From an uncultured Sphingomonadaceae bacterium (GTDB taxonomy: Bacteria > Pseudomonadota > Alphaproteobacteria > Sphingomonadales > Sphingomonadaceae): a stretch of 64,000 bases of DNA. Positions 50,654 to 62,123 of the stretch are shown here, piece after piece. The DNA lies in assembly GCA_947489315.1 (NCBI GenBank), contig CANLCX010000007.1, forward strand, positions 40,143 to 104,142, read 5' to 3'. The position numbers and the translations under genes are program-made. Under the pieces are notes generated by a model. It had not been told where the DNA came from and made no database searches. It saw only the letters and a list, made by a program, of their open reading frames with translations. Numbering within the stretch: the stretch's first letter is position 1; the number at the start of each line of letters is the position of its first letter.

Positions 50654-51402
50654 GATTCTGGGAATTCCCGTTGCCAGGCAGCTGCGACTTCATCGGGGTA
50701 CCCCCGATGGAAATGTCGCCGCCAAGGATATGCCGAGCGATCAGAATCCCGAAATTTGATCTTGGATGTACTGCCAACAATCTTGCCAGGATTTCCAACA
50801 CAAATCATATCATTGGGCACGTCTTCTCGAACTAGGGTCTGCGCACCGACAAGGGCACCTTCACCTATAGAAATTCCTGGAAGAATTACACTCATTGTAG
50901 CTATTGCGGCATAACGCTTGACCGTACAGCCGACTTGATACTCGCTTGGCGGATGAGGGTCATTGGTCAACACGACATATGGGAAAATCCAAACATAGTC
51001 CTCAATGGAGGATTGATGCCCGATATGAACGTTGCTGTGCAATTTTGTGTAGTCACCAATAGTGCAATGTCCCTGAATATCAGACAGCGTACCGATTTGC
51101 AGGCCATTTTTTGCCATAGTGGCTTCGCGTACTGTAACGCGATGTCCGGTCACTAAGTCATCACCAAATGTCGAACCGGTGTAAAAAATACTATGTGATC
51201 GAATGTTTGCATTGGCTCCGATAATCAGTGGACTATCATCATCAGGTCTATTGGAGTAGCCTAAGTGGCAATGGGAACCGATTTTACTGTTATCCCCCAC
51301 GTGGGTGTTTCCTTCAATGACGGTATATGCGCCAACTGATACTCCGGTCCCCAGCTCAACGTTTTTGCCAATTAATGCAGTATCGTGAATATTCACCTTC
51401 AC
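50650..51402 (-). CDS. left-handed beta-helix sugar N-acetyltransferase (FdtC/QdtC-like)
   Basis: Hexapeptide repeats throughout ([32 protein letters not shown]). Confidence 0.65.
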   Translation of the reverse strand: MKVNIHDTALIGKNVELGTGVSVGAYTVIEGNTHVGDNSKIGSHCHLGYSNRPDDDSPLIIGANANIRSHSIFYTGSTFGDDLVTGHRVTVREATMAKNGLQIGTLSDIQGHCTIGDYTKLHSNVHIGHQSSIEDYVWIFPYVVLTNDPHPPSEYQVGCTVKRYAAIATMSVILPGISIGEGALVGAQTLVREDVPNDMICVGNPGKIVGSTSKIKFRDSDRSAYPWRRHFHRGYPDEVAAAWQREFPES

Positions 51403-51407
51403 CCTCC

Positions 51408-51860
51408 TTAAGTGACTAGCGATAGAAAACCATCGTAAGACCTTATGTAGTCGCCAGTATCGTAGTGCTCGCTCGCGAAAACTAACAAGGTTCCACCATT
51501 AACATATTTGTGCTGAATGCCCCACACGAGTTCAGGAATCAGCAAGCCCTTATTCGGTCGATCCAGAATAGTAAGGGATTTAGCATGTCCGTTATCTGTT
51601 ATAACCTCGCACGAGCCTGAAACACATATTAAAAACTGCTTACACTGCAAATGAGCGTGTTCTCCCCTTACTTCATCTGTAGGTACTTCATTGACAATAA
51701 AATAACGCAAGGGGGCAAAGGGGATATCACTCTGAAACTCGCCCGCAGTTAACTTACCACGGGTATCTGTATGCATCGGAAAACTATACTCAAATGCACC
51801 ACTATCCAAGGCCACGATGCTAAGACCATTTTCTGAGCCAAAGGGGTTTTCAGTTGTCAT
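51408..51860 (-). CDS. dTDP-4-dehydro-6-deoxyglucose 3,4-ketoisomerase (FdtA/QdtA/WxcM-like cupin)
   Basis: TDTRGKLTAGEF...RYFIVNEVPTDEVRGEHAH...LIPELVWG. The ATG at 51860 forms an ATGA overlap with the rmlB stop. Confidence 0.7.
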   Translation of the reverse strand: MTTENPFGSENGLSIVALDSGAFEYSFPMHTDTRGKLTAGEFQSDIPFAPLRYFIVNEVPTDEVRGEHAHLQCKQFLICVSGSCEVITDNGHAKSLTILDRPNKGLLIPELVWGIQHKYVNGGTLLVFASEHYDTGDYIRSYDGFLSLVT

Positions 51861-52945
51861 TTTTGCTTCGGCCCGTCCGAAAGATAGCTTCCATTCAGGA
51901 CCGATTGCCACCAATGTTCGTTGTCTAGATACCATTGTAGTGTATCTTCAAAACCCCGTTTAAAGCTGAATGATGGTTTATAACCTAATTCCATTCTCGC
52001 TTTGCTTTCGTTGATGGCGTAGCGCTTATCGTGACCGAGTCTATCGTTCACATAGGTTTTCAGACTGTCGCTGGGTAAGCCGTTTGCCGCCGGGGCGTCA
52101 GGAAATCTCTCAGCGAGGCTTTGATCCTTCGAAAATGCTGCGTCAACGGTAGAGCAAATCGCATCAATCACTGCCATATTGGGGAGCTCTTCGCCGCCAC
52201 CGATAGCATAAGTTTCGCCGTTGCGACCGTTCTTAATAACGCTAGAGATACCAGTGCAATGATCTTCCACATGCAGCCAGTCACGAACGTTCATTCCATC
52301 GCCATAGATCGGTAAAGGCGCGCCAGTGAGGCAGTTGATCAGAAACAAAGGTATGAGTTTCTCGGGAAATTGATACGGGCCATAGTTATTGGAGCAATTA
52401 CTCGTTGTGACATTCATTCCAAATGTATGGTGATATGCTCGGACGAGATGATCACTCGCAGCCTTGGAGGCAGAATAGGGGGAATTAGGCGCATAAGCAG
52501 TCTTTTCGTCAAATGCTGGGTCATCGGCGCCCAAACTACCGTAGACTTCGTCGGTCGACACATGATGAAAGCGATGGGGAAGGGGCTCGTCTCGACCATC
52601 AATCCAGCAGACTTTAGCAGCTTTCAAAAGGCTATATGTCCCAATAACATTAGTTTCGATGAACGCATCTGGGCCATCGATAGAGCGATCCACATGACTT
52701 TCTGCTGCAAAATGGGCTATTATTTCAATTCGATGATCGTTAATTAACTGTATCACCAGATCGGTATCACAGATGTCAGCGACAACAATATCAATATTCT
52801 GAATATTATCCAAATTCGAACGATTGCCAGCATAGGTCAACGCATCAAGGATGATAATATTATCATCCTGGTTATTTTGGCGCCAGTGACGAACAAAATT
52901 TGCGCCGATAAAACCTGCGCCGCCGGTAACCAGAAGATTAGTCAT
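51857..52945 (-). CDS. rmlB: dTDP-glucose 4,6-dehydratase
   Basis: LVTGGAGFIGANF, YSASKAASDH. Confidence 0.9.
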   Translation of the reverse strand: MTNLLVTGGAGFIGANFVRHWRQNNQDDNIIILDALTYAGNRSNLDNIQNIDIVVADICDTDLVIQLINDHRIEIIAHFAAESHVDRSIDGPDAFIETNVIGTYSLLKAAKVCWIDGRDEPLPHRFHHVSTDEVYGSLGADDPAFDEKTAYAPNSPYSASKAASDHLVRAYHHTFGMNVTTSNCSNNYGPYQFPEKLIPLFLINCLTGAPLPIYGDGMNVRDWLHVEDHCTGISSVIKNGRNGETYAIGGGEELPNMAVIDAICSTVDAAFSKDQSLAERFPDAPAANGLPSDSLKTYVNDRLGHDKRYAINESKARMELGYKPSFSFKRGFEDTLQWYLDNEHWWQSVLNGSYLSDGPKQK

Positions 52946-53801
52946 TTTCCTTAATCTCCGCGATAGTATTTCTCAATGATTCCCGCCAATGGGATATCGA
53001 GCGGCCCAATAGCTTACGTGTTATCTGTTTGTCCAGAACACTATTTTTCGGCCGTTGAGCAGGTGTAGGATAGTCGCTGGCGGGTATGGGACTGACGGCT
53101 GTTGATCGTTTGAGTATACCCACTGCCAACCCTTCCTCACGAATGGCGATCGCGAAGTCGAACCAGCTAGCAACCCCCTCATTAGTAAAATGATGAATAC
53201 CAGTGGCATCTTGTTGGACGAGGCAAACAATAGCGTTTGCAATTTCCAGCGCGGAAGTTGGCGATCCGATCTGATTGTCGACGATATTGAGTTGATCACG
53301 TTCTGCCATCAAACGGAGCATGTTGAGTAGAAAATTTGAACCATGGGAAGCATATACCCATGACGTCCGCAATATAAGCGCTTCCGGCAGAGCATTTCTA
53401 ACGCGTTCTTCTCCAAGTAACTTACTTCGACCATATGCGTTCAGAGGTCCGGTTGGATCATCCGGGAGGTAGGGAGCATTCTTTTTACCATCAAAAACAA
53501 AATCTGTTGATATTTGTACAAAGTTTCTACTGTCGGCCGCGCATTGTTCTGCCATCCAGCCTGGAGCGGCTCCGTTAATGATCGATACAACACTCTCCTC
53601 GCTTTCGGCTTTGTCGACGTTGGTATAGGCGGCCGCGTTAACTATAACATCGGCTTTAGATCGCGAAATCATAGTCTTGATCGCTTCTTTATCGCGCAAA
53701 TCACACTGTTCGTGACTTAGAGAAATGACGTTCTTGTGCTGATTTGCGCTGATATTTGACAACGCATTGCCGACTTGTCCATTTTTTCCGAAAATTAGCA
53801 T
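52938..53801 (-). CDS. rmlD: dTDP-4-dehydrorhamnose reductase
   Basis: MLIFGKNGQVG start and RmlD-like body. The upstream ORF extension is rejected because it overlaps rmlC. Confidence 0.85.
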   Translation of the reverse strand: MLIFGKNGQVGNALSNISANQHKNVISLSHEQCDLRDKEAIKTMISRSKADVIVNAAAYTNVDKAESEESVVSIINGAAPGWMAEQCAADSRNFVQISTDFVFDGKKNAPYLPDDPTGPLNAYGRSKLLGEERVRNALPEALILRTSWVYASHGSNFLLNMLRLMAERDQLNIVDNQIGSPTSALEIANAIVCLVQQDATGIHHFTNEGVASWFDFAIAIREEGLAVGILKRSTAVSPIPASDYPTPAQRPKNSVLDKQITRKLLGRSISHWRESLRNTIAEIKEND

Positions 53802-53803
53802 TG

Positions 53804-54348
53804 TTACGGATATGTTTCTGCATCTTTCAAGAGCGGCGCATTGCGATCTTTTTCTGACAGCAGAATATCTTGAGGATCGTCTAGCGGCCAATCTATTGCG
53901 ATATCTGGATCTGACCACAAAACTGCCCGCTCGTCATCGCGGGAAAAGAAATCGGTACATTTATACAGAAATTCCGAGTCTTCTTCCAGCGCCAAGAAGG
54001 CATGGCCGAAGCCTTCAGGTATCCAGAGCATTTTTTTGTTCTCGGCCGACAATACACAGTGAGTATGTCTACCAAATCGTGGTGATGATTTTCGCAAATC
54101 CACAGCAACGTCGAATACCGATCCAGCGGCAACGCGAACCAGTTTGCCTTGTCCTTTGCCTATTTGATAGTGGATACCTCGTAACACCCCTTTATCTGAC
54201 TTGCTATGGTTATCCTGGACAAAATCGACATCAATACCGTGCGCTGCAAAACTCTGCCGATTCCAGCTTTCCAGAAAAAAGCCTCGATCATCACCGAATA
54301 CAAGCGGTTCAACAATTTTCACTTCCGGTAGGTTCGTCGCCGTTATTT

Positions 54349-54352
<4 letters not shown>
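53804..54352 (-). CDS. rmlC: dTDP-4-dehydrorhamnose 3,5-epimerase
   Basis: [18 protein letters not shown], 182 aa. Confidence 0.9.
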
Positions 54353-55230
<878 letters not shown>

Positions 55231-55536
55231 TGTTGCTCCTATATAAATATGTATGAAGTTATCTCTCTCAGCCAAGGCTGAATACAAGACGCTATGACCA
55301 CATTCTATGGTAACGGCAACGACTTATTTCACAGAATTTGACCGTTAAAGCAACAGAACAAATGGTGGATGTTTCGCGGGGGTGGGTTTGGATAAATCGC
55401 TTACGGTTTGTCGACAGCATAAGCCTCTGAGTGCCTTGCGGTTCGTTCCGGGAATATATACCTCTATGTTCAGACTATAGAAAAGCAAGCTGACTAGATA
55501 TTGACTACATCACTAATTGGCAAAAAGAGACAGAAG

Positions 55537-57018
55537 ATGACATTTCGTGACGAAAAAAAAGCCCGACAAATGTCTTTCAATATCACTAGGCGGACCGCCG
55601 CACTAGCGTGTGTTTCGTTAATAGGAAGTACAAAATTATACGCGAATATTCCAGCCCTTGATCAAGCAAAATCAAATATTGCTCGTCTACCAGATTTTCG
55701 GAACACAACAGATATCGATGATGCGGATACGCTCAACCGGATCATTTCCATGGGATACAGAAAGATACATCTACCGCGCGGCGGTGGCTCCCTTAGCAAT
55801 GGAGAATATGTTGGATCGGGCGTCGTTCTGGTTGATAATCTAGAGCTTTTTGGTGACGGAATACGGTGCACAGTTTGGAATCAAGCCGTTGCGGGCCAAG
55901 ATAATCCCCATGACATGGAGTTGAACGGCGTTTTTTTTGCCGAAGGCCGAGGTGTACAAAGCCCGGTCAAAAATATCTGGGTTCATGATCTTTCTGTTTC
56001 GGGTTTAAGTGTTCGACGCGGCTTTTCCGAACATTCGCATCTTTTCAGACTTGCCGGAGTAGCAGATGTGAAGTTGCAGCACATTGTTTTTCGTAATTTT
56101 CAGGGCGATGCGGTGTACCTCGGATCCCAGGCGGTAAAGCACCGTGTTGGGCTCTACGATAATGACGTACGACACAATAATAACGTGAACATATCCTTTT
56201 GTAGCTTTGTCAGCGAAAATTATGAAAACAGAAATGGTGTTTCAATTATTGACTGCGATGGTTTCGATATTTCGCACAACGACTTTAGGAATTTTTGTAA
56301 GTCCACTATGCCCGGAGCGATCGATCTGGAGCCAAATCCAGGCGATATTAAGTCGGTTATCCGCAATGGAAAAATTAGCTGGAACAGATTTAAAGGCATA
56401 GGTGGGGGCGTAGGCGTTATCGGCGCACATATTCCCTCGGACTGCCCTATGCCACGCGATATTATGATCAACGATAACATCTTTTCTGATCGCAAAACTC
56501 CTGGATTTGAGTTTTATCTTAATCCAATGCGGGATACGCCTCCGGGTGTTGACTATAATATAAACATGAAAAACAATAGAGGCCAAAACGGCAGCAGTGT
56601 TTACCATATTGCAGGCGGGACATTTCATGCTTCTGGTAACAGGTGGGCCGACTACACCGAGGGTTCTCTTATTGGTGGAAAATTTCAATTTCGTAACGTT
56701 TCTATCGCGGATGTCTTCGAGCGCTGTGGTACAAGAGGCGGAAACGGAATGTTTGTAAACTCTGGTTCCGGACTTAGACTGGCATCGACATTTATTGATT
56801 GTGGGACGGGCCGGCCGGGCGCGGCCAATGCGGTCAATTTTCATTCAGGGGCAACTGAAAATATTAATCTGAAAGGGCTATTGATTTCGTCTCCAAACAG
56901 CAAAACGTTGATCGCTATTCAAAAAGAGGCAGGGCACAAGTTTAAATATATGAGCAATAGGCTAGATAACGCGAATTTGGGTGGGTTGCCGCATTTTTTT
57001 GCGGCACCCGATGTTTGA
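55537..57018 (+). CDS. secreted right-handed parallel beta-helix repeat protein (candidate polysaccharide-active enzyme)
   Basis: Possible Tat/Sec leader ...ITRRTAALACVSLIGS. Repetitive N/G/D-rich strands such as NGVSIIDCDGFDISHNDF. Start uncertain (55537 or 55570). Confidence 0.5.
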   Translation: MTFRDEKKARQMSFNITRRTAALACVSLIGSTKLYANIPALDQAKSNIARLPDFRNTTDIDDADTLNRIISMGYRKIHLPRGGGSLSNGEYVGSGVVLVDNLELFGDGIRCTVWNQAVAGQDNPHDMELNGVFFAEGRGVQSPVKNIWVHDLSVSGLSVRRGFSEHSHLFRLAGVADVKLQHIVFRNFQGDAVYLGSQAVKHRVGLYDNDVRHNNNVNISFCSFVSENYENRNGVSIIDCDGFDISHNDFRNFCKSTMPGAIDLEPNPGDIKSVIRNGKISWNRFKGIGGGVGVIGAHIPSDCPMPRDIMINDNIFSDRKTPGFEFYLNPMRDTPPGVDYNINMKNNRGQNGSSVYHIAGGTFHASGNRWADYTEGSLIGGKFQFRNVSIADVFERCGTRGGNGMFVNSGSGLRLASTFIDCGTGRPGAANAVNFHSGATENINLKGLLISSPNSKTLIAIQKEAGHKFKYMSNRLDNANLGGLPHFFAAPDV

Positions 57019-57074
57019 CGATCAGCTTGGCATGTCAGTTCCGTCAAACAGCCGGCGCCCTTTCTGCTGACAAG

Positions 57075-58286
57075 CTATTTTACTTTGTCCCCTTGCCCAG
57101 CTCCGGTAAGCGTTTTAAATATAATTGAAATATCCAGCAAAATGCTCCTTTTTGAGATATATTCTGCGTCACTGCGAGAGAGTTGATCCGGTATACTCAT
57201 ATCCAGATTTCTAATTTGCGACAGACCGGTGATGCCGGGCAATATGTCTAATACTCCAAGCCGCTCTCTAATCTCGATCAATTCGTGTTGACTTGGCAGA
57301 CTGGGTCTGGGGCCAACTAGCGAAATTTCGCCTCGCAGAAGATTTACAATCTGTGGCAGTTCGTCGATTTTTGTTCGTCTCAAAAACCTTCCAGCACGCG
57401 TGATCGATGATCGATCAATATCATGAGTTCCTGCTTGAGCGGTTCCGACCGTCATGGTGCGAAATTTGTAACAGATGAACTCTCGCTTTTGAACGCCGAG
57501 TCGTTTTTGGGCAAAAAGCACCGGGCCTTTCGAATCCAATTTTATTATTGCGAATACTGCAATGAATAGCCACCATAAGAAGAGGAGAACAAAAATAGAA
57601 AAAAGAAAATCAATGGTGCGCTTAAAAATCCGGTAAAAAATATTATTTCCTACATCGTCGCGCACTACAATATCGCCGCTTTCTCCATTGTTCACTGCAG
57701 CTTCAATTGCAGCTATCACACGCTCTATGTCGACAATTGGTTTGAGTGACGCAAGGAAGGCCAAGACTGTCGCTTGCATGAATTTAGGTAAAGCCGAGAC
57801 GAACCTAAGTTTTCCTGCCATTTTATCCGAATAAACCGCCGGTATGCGAATGTTGACCAGCCTCAATTTTGACTGATTGCTCAACCACTGCTCTGCGTGC
57901 TTTTTGGAACTTGCATATGTGTTGGGTATCAATGAATGAACGTCATCCACATTGTCAGATTGAAAACTCGCCAGATTGACGAATTGAGATATTCCTGCGC
58001 GTTTCGATGAATTATAAACATCTTTTAGTAGGTCGACATTGGCTTTCTTAAATGACACCTCATCGTCGCTACTATCATTATTTTTGACAGCAAGGTGAAC
58101 ACAGCTATCAAAATTATCAGATCGACATGGAAAATTTCCATAGTCTGTTGCAGGAACTTTTGGAAACATTCGATTTAGTCGATCAGAATCTCGGCCAATC
58201 AACAAAAGTGTGTGTCCGTTTCCAATCAGAAAGGGCACCAATCTTTGGCCGATTGAACCCGATGCACCTGTGACGACAATTTTCAT
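57075..58286 (-). CDS. fusion of SDR/NAD-binding domain and small monotopic phosphoglycosyl transferase (initiating sugar transferase)
   Basis: N-terminal MKIVVTGASGSIG with YASSK (YxxxK). C-terminal FKRTIDF...KLDSKGPVLFAQKRLG...DELPQIVNLLRGEISLVGPRP...LPGITGLSQI. Confidence 0.8.
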   Translation of the reverse strand: MKIVVTGASGSIGQRLVPFLIGNGHTLLLIGRDSDRLNRMFPKVPATDYGNFPCRSDNFDSCVHLAVKNNDSSDDEVSFKKANVDLLKDVYNSSKRAGISQFVNLASFQSDNVDDVHSLIPNTYASSKKHAEQWLSNQSKLRLVNIRIPAVYSDKMAGKLRFVSALPKFMQATVLAFLASLKPIVDIERVIAAIEAAVNNGESGDIVVRDDVGNNIFYRIFKRTIDFLFSIFVLLFLWWLFIAVFAIIKLDSKGPVLFAQKRLGVQKREFICYKFRTMTVGTAQAGTHDIDRSSITRAGRFLRRTKIDELPQIVNLLRGEISLVGPRPSLPSQHELIEIRERLGVLDILPGITGLSQIRNLDMSIPDQLSRSDAEYISKRSILLDISIIFKTLTGAGQGDKVK

Positions 58287-59490
58287 ATATTGGCCTATAG
58301 AAGAACGCAATTGACTTGGTAAATAAGAAAGGCCCTCTTGGAAGCTGCGGATTTCTAGAAAGTGGTAATAATATTATACCTTTCCCACTATAAATTTAAC
58401 AGACTTGAAATCGCCAATCTATTCAGCTCGCTTTGATCTAAACCCGTCACATGGCTATTGGTATCAGCAAATTGCTTTGAGGCAGGACTCTCGGGTTGAT
58501 TCAAGAGACGGGTTATTATCATTGCCATAACTACTACCAAACAGTACCGCTTACTTGGCCAGCCTGCATTGCGCCGTGCAGCTGCAATCCGCTTAGAGCC
58601 ACATTCATCGTCTGTATCAACGGCGCCAAGCAATAGTATTCTCCGTCCGCTTCTGTTCCTGATTCGTGTCAAGCTCGAACTGCGGTTTTTAGATTCTTTC
58701 AATCGCTGTGTCTGGCTGAGCTTCACGCTGCCATACTAAATCATAAGTCTACTCACTATCGCACTCTGTTAGCATATGGCCTATTTGTCCCATTCTTGTG
58801 CTAGTAGTAACTCTAAACTCCAAACCATCCAACAGTCTCTTCTAGTTTGTGCATCTTGATCCACACAATTACGTCCCTTCAAGTCAATTCTAATATTGGA
58901 AATAGATCATTTCTAGTGGAGTAGATCTGGATATCCGCTAGAGCGTCTATGCTATGTGTGGCCCAAACTGTGGGTTGACGATTTACTGATGCAAAATAAT
59001 CACAATTATCCCAACCCCCTACCAAAAACCCCTTGCACACTCCGTGTCCACCTTCCTATAAATTCCGATTCGAGCCAATGCTAAACGCGAAAAATGCTCG
59101 CGCTTTACGAATCTGGAACCGAGTTTCACAGAGGTCGACAGAAAATATTATTTGGATCACAACTTTCTAGCTTGGAAGTTAGTCACGATCAAATATTCTA
59201 TATCGGTATGAGAGGAGTTAAACGGGGAAATTGGCGTCTGGTGTTAACAGGCGATACCAACTGATCTGTTGCTTGTCGGAGAGAAAATCTCTCCCGTGAA
59301 CGGCTTTTGACGCCCGACCAATATCACAAGGATGGCGGGCCGATTATATTAGCTTGGTGGATATGCATCCAATTCAGCCAATGCCAACATTTGACAACAG
59401 CAGCTTAGTAAAATTGACCCAAGCGCCGATACAAACGCTCATCTTCGGCAGTTATGGAAATATTAGGCAAGAATCGATACTCAATCGGCT

Positions 59491-60636
59491 ATGCGAAACA
59501 ATCCACCATCAAAGCCCAAAGTTGTGACGATTTTTGGCACAAGGCCCGAGGCTATAAAGCTCTTCCCTGTAATCCGGGCGCTATCAAAACGCGCTGGACT
59601 AGAAACAATCAGCTGTGTGACCGCGCAACACCGGGAAATGCTCGATCAGGTATTGGACATCGCCGATATCGAACCGGACTATGATCTGGATCTTATGCGC
59701 GCAGACCAGAGCCTTGATGAACTCACGGGCCGTCTATTAATGGGCATTGGTCAAACCTTGGATGACATCCAACCGCAACGGGTGGTTGTACAAGGTGATA
59801 CCGCCACTGCCATGTGCGGGGCGCTTGCCGCTTATTATCGGAAAATCCCGGTAAGCCATGTTGAGGCGGGTTTGCGAAGCTATAATATTTATCACCCCTG
59901 GCCGGAAGAAGTGAACCGCAAAATCATTGGCACCATAGCCGATCAGCATTTTGCGCCGACAGAAACTTCGGCTGCGGCGCTGCTCAAGGAGAACGTTCCG
60001 AATGAGCAAATCACTGTAACCGGCAACACGGTCATCGATGCTTTGCTGACTACAACAGCAAAAAACCAGAATGACAAATTCATAAATGTCGATTTACAGG
60101 GCCTTTTCGACAATTTCTCTGATAAAAGAATAATCGGTATCACCAGCCATCGGCGGGAGAATTTCGGCGATGGTTTAACCAATATTGCGTCCGCTCTTCG
60201 TACCATCGCCGAAAGGGATGACGTTGCGTTGATTTTCCCTGTGCATCTTAACCCCAACGTACGGGCGATTATGAACGACGCTCTTGGCGGCCTAGACAAT
60301 GTTGCGATGATTGAACCGCTGGATTATCCGAATTTCGTAGCGTTGCTGAACAGCGCTACCATAATGCTTACCGATAGCGGGGGTGTGCAAGAGGAAGCCC
60401 CCGCGCTTGGGAAGCCGGTGCTGGTAATGCGTGATACCACGGAGCGCCCCGAAGGCGTTGAGGCGGGCACCGCTAAATTGGTTGGCACCGACCAAAATTT
60501 GATCGTTAAAGAAACCAACAGACTGTTGGATGATGAAGATTATTATGATTCTATGGCAAAAGCCCATAATCCTTTTGGTGATGGCCACGCTAGCGAGCGC
60601 ATTGCAGAGATTATCGAACAGAGTCTAACGTCCTGA
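59491..60636 (+). CDS. wecB: UDP-N-acetylglucosamine 2-epimerase (non-hydrolysing)
   Basis: VTIFGTRPEAIKL, VQGDTATAM, DSGGVQEEAPALGKPVLVMRDTTERPE. Confidence 0.9.
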   Translation: MRNNPPSKPKVVTIFGTRPEAIKLFPVIRALSKRAGLETISCVTAQHREMLDQVLDIADIEPDYDLDLMRADQSLDELTGRLLMGIGQTLDDIQPQRVVVQGDTATAMCGALAAYYRKIPVSHVEAGLRSYNIYHPWPEEVNRKIIGTIADQHFAPTETSAAALLKENVPNEQITVTGNTVIDALLTTTAKNQNDKFINVDLQGLFDNFSDKRIIGITSHRRENFGDGLTNIASALRTIAERDDVALIFPVHLNPNVRAIMNDALGGLDNVAMIEPLDYPNFVALLNSATIMLTDSGGVQEEAPALGKPVLVMRDTTERPEGVEAGTAKLVGTDQNLIVKETNRLLDDEDYYDSMAKAHNPFGDGHASERIAEIIEQSLTS

Positions 60637-60754
60637 ATATTGGCCCAAAAGCCTATTTGTTCCGCTTTCTATTACCGAAATCTTTACGATGTTCTATTAT
60701 CGTCATTCCTGAAATTTTGCGTCTCTGTTGGCGCGATCAGGAGATTTTATCACG

Positions 60755-62053
60755 ATGCTTTCCGACGAAAAACCTTCCGTTTGCGTTTTGGGTCTTGGCT
60801 ATATTGGCCTGCCGACAGCGGCTGTCATTGCGCGGTCCGGATGCTCGGTTCTCGGCATCGATGTTACGGCCCATGTTGTCGACACGATTAACAGCGGCAA
60901 AATTCACATCGAGGAAGTCGATCTTGATGGCCTGGTTCAGGGCGTCGTGTCACGCGGTACCCTGCGAGCCTCCTTGCAGGTCGAGTCAGCAGACGTTTTC
61001 GTAATTGCGGTACCAACGCCTTTTGGTGACAATCACGTGCCCGATACCAGCTATGTTATGGAAGCAGCGACGAATGTCGCTGCCGCTTTGAAAGCCGGTG
61101 ATACCATAATCCTGGAATCGACCTCTCCCGTCGGAACAACGGAGAAAATGCGTGATTTGATTTCCCAATTGCGCCCCGATCTTAAAATACCGGGATTGAC
61201 CAACGATATCCCAGATGTCGCCATTGCCTATTGCCCCGAGCGGGTTTTGCCCGGCAAGATTCTTGAGGAGCTGACCAATAATGACCGCTGTTTAGGTGGC
61301 ATTACGCCGCGTTGCGCCCGCAAAGCATTGGGCTTTTATCGCCGCTTTGTCAGAGGCGAATGCGTCACCACAACCGCGCGTGCAGCTGAGATGACGAAAC
61401 TGGTCGAGAATAGCTATCGCGATGTCAATATTGCCTTTGCCAATGAGCTTTCGATCGTTGCAGACGAAATGGACCTTGATGTGTGGGAGGTTATCCGCCT
61501 TGCCAATCGGCATCCGCGAGTCAACATATTGCAACCAGGTCCCGGCGTTGGCGGACATTGCATTGCGGTTGATCCTTGGTTCATTATCCACGGTGCTCCC
61601 AATCATACACCGCTCATTCGCATCGCCCGCGAAGTGAATGATGGAAAAACCGGCCATGTGTTGGAACAGGCGTCGTTGATGATTGACGAATTGCCCGGAG
61701 TGTCCATCGCTTGTTTCGGGCTGGCGTTTAAAGCCAATATCGATGATTTCCGTGAAAGCCCTGCCCTCAAGATCGCCGCCAAACTGGCGCGGCGCTATGG
61801 CGGGCGCATCAAGATAGTGGAGCCCTATGCTAGCGAACTGCCTGCCGCGTTTGACGGAACCGGCGCAGAGCTGATCGACATTGACCACGCTTTAGAGAAT
61901 TGTCCGGTGATGATCACATTAACGGATCACGATATGTTCAAATCTATTCCGCTAGACGAACGTGCTGGCAAAGTCGTTTATGACACCCGCGGAATTTGGC
62001 CAGATCAGCCGGACAATAGACAGGCAGTCACCGACCTTAGCATTGCCAGCTGA
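60755..62053 (+). CDS. wecC: UDP-N-acetyl-D-mannosamine dehydrogenase
   Basis: VLGLGYIGLPTA, ESTSPVGTT, CPERVLPGK, GPGVGGHCI. The ATG at 60755 is preferred over the TTG at 60728. Confidence 0.85.
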   Translation: MLSDEKPSVCVLGLGYIGLPTAAVIARSGCSVLGIDVTAHVVDTINSGKIHIEEVDLDGLVQGVVSRGTLRASLQVESADVFVIAVPTPFGDNHVPDTSYVMEAATNVAAALKAGDTIILESTSPVGTTEKMRDLISQLRPDLKIPGLTNDIPDVAIAYCPERVLPGKILEELTNNDRCLGGITPRCARKALGFYRRFVRGECVTTTARAAEMTKLVENSYRDVNIAFANELSIVADEMDLDVWEVIRLANRHPRVNILQPGPGVGGHCIAVDPWFIIHGAPNHTPLIRIAREVNDGKTGHVLEQASLMIDELPGVSIACFGLAFKANIDDFRESPALKIAAKLARRYGGRIKIVEPYASELPAAFDGTGAELIDIDHALENCPVMITLTDHDMFKSIPLDERAGKVVYDTRGIWPDQPDNRQAVTDLSIAS

Positions 62054-62123
62054 CAGGTTTCTGCCTTTAGAGGCCGGGCCTATGCAAAGAACCGCATTTC
62101 TGCCGCCTGGCGGCTAAAAGGTC

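Noticed and set aside
58388-58726. 112-aa minus-strand ORF in the large gap before wecB
   Set aside because: No start-site context, no domain signature and a Ser/Arg-rich low-complexity N-terminus. It is kept only as a note inside the intergenic-gap finding.
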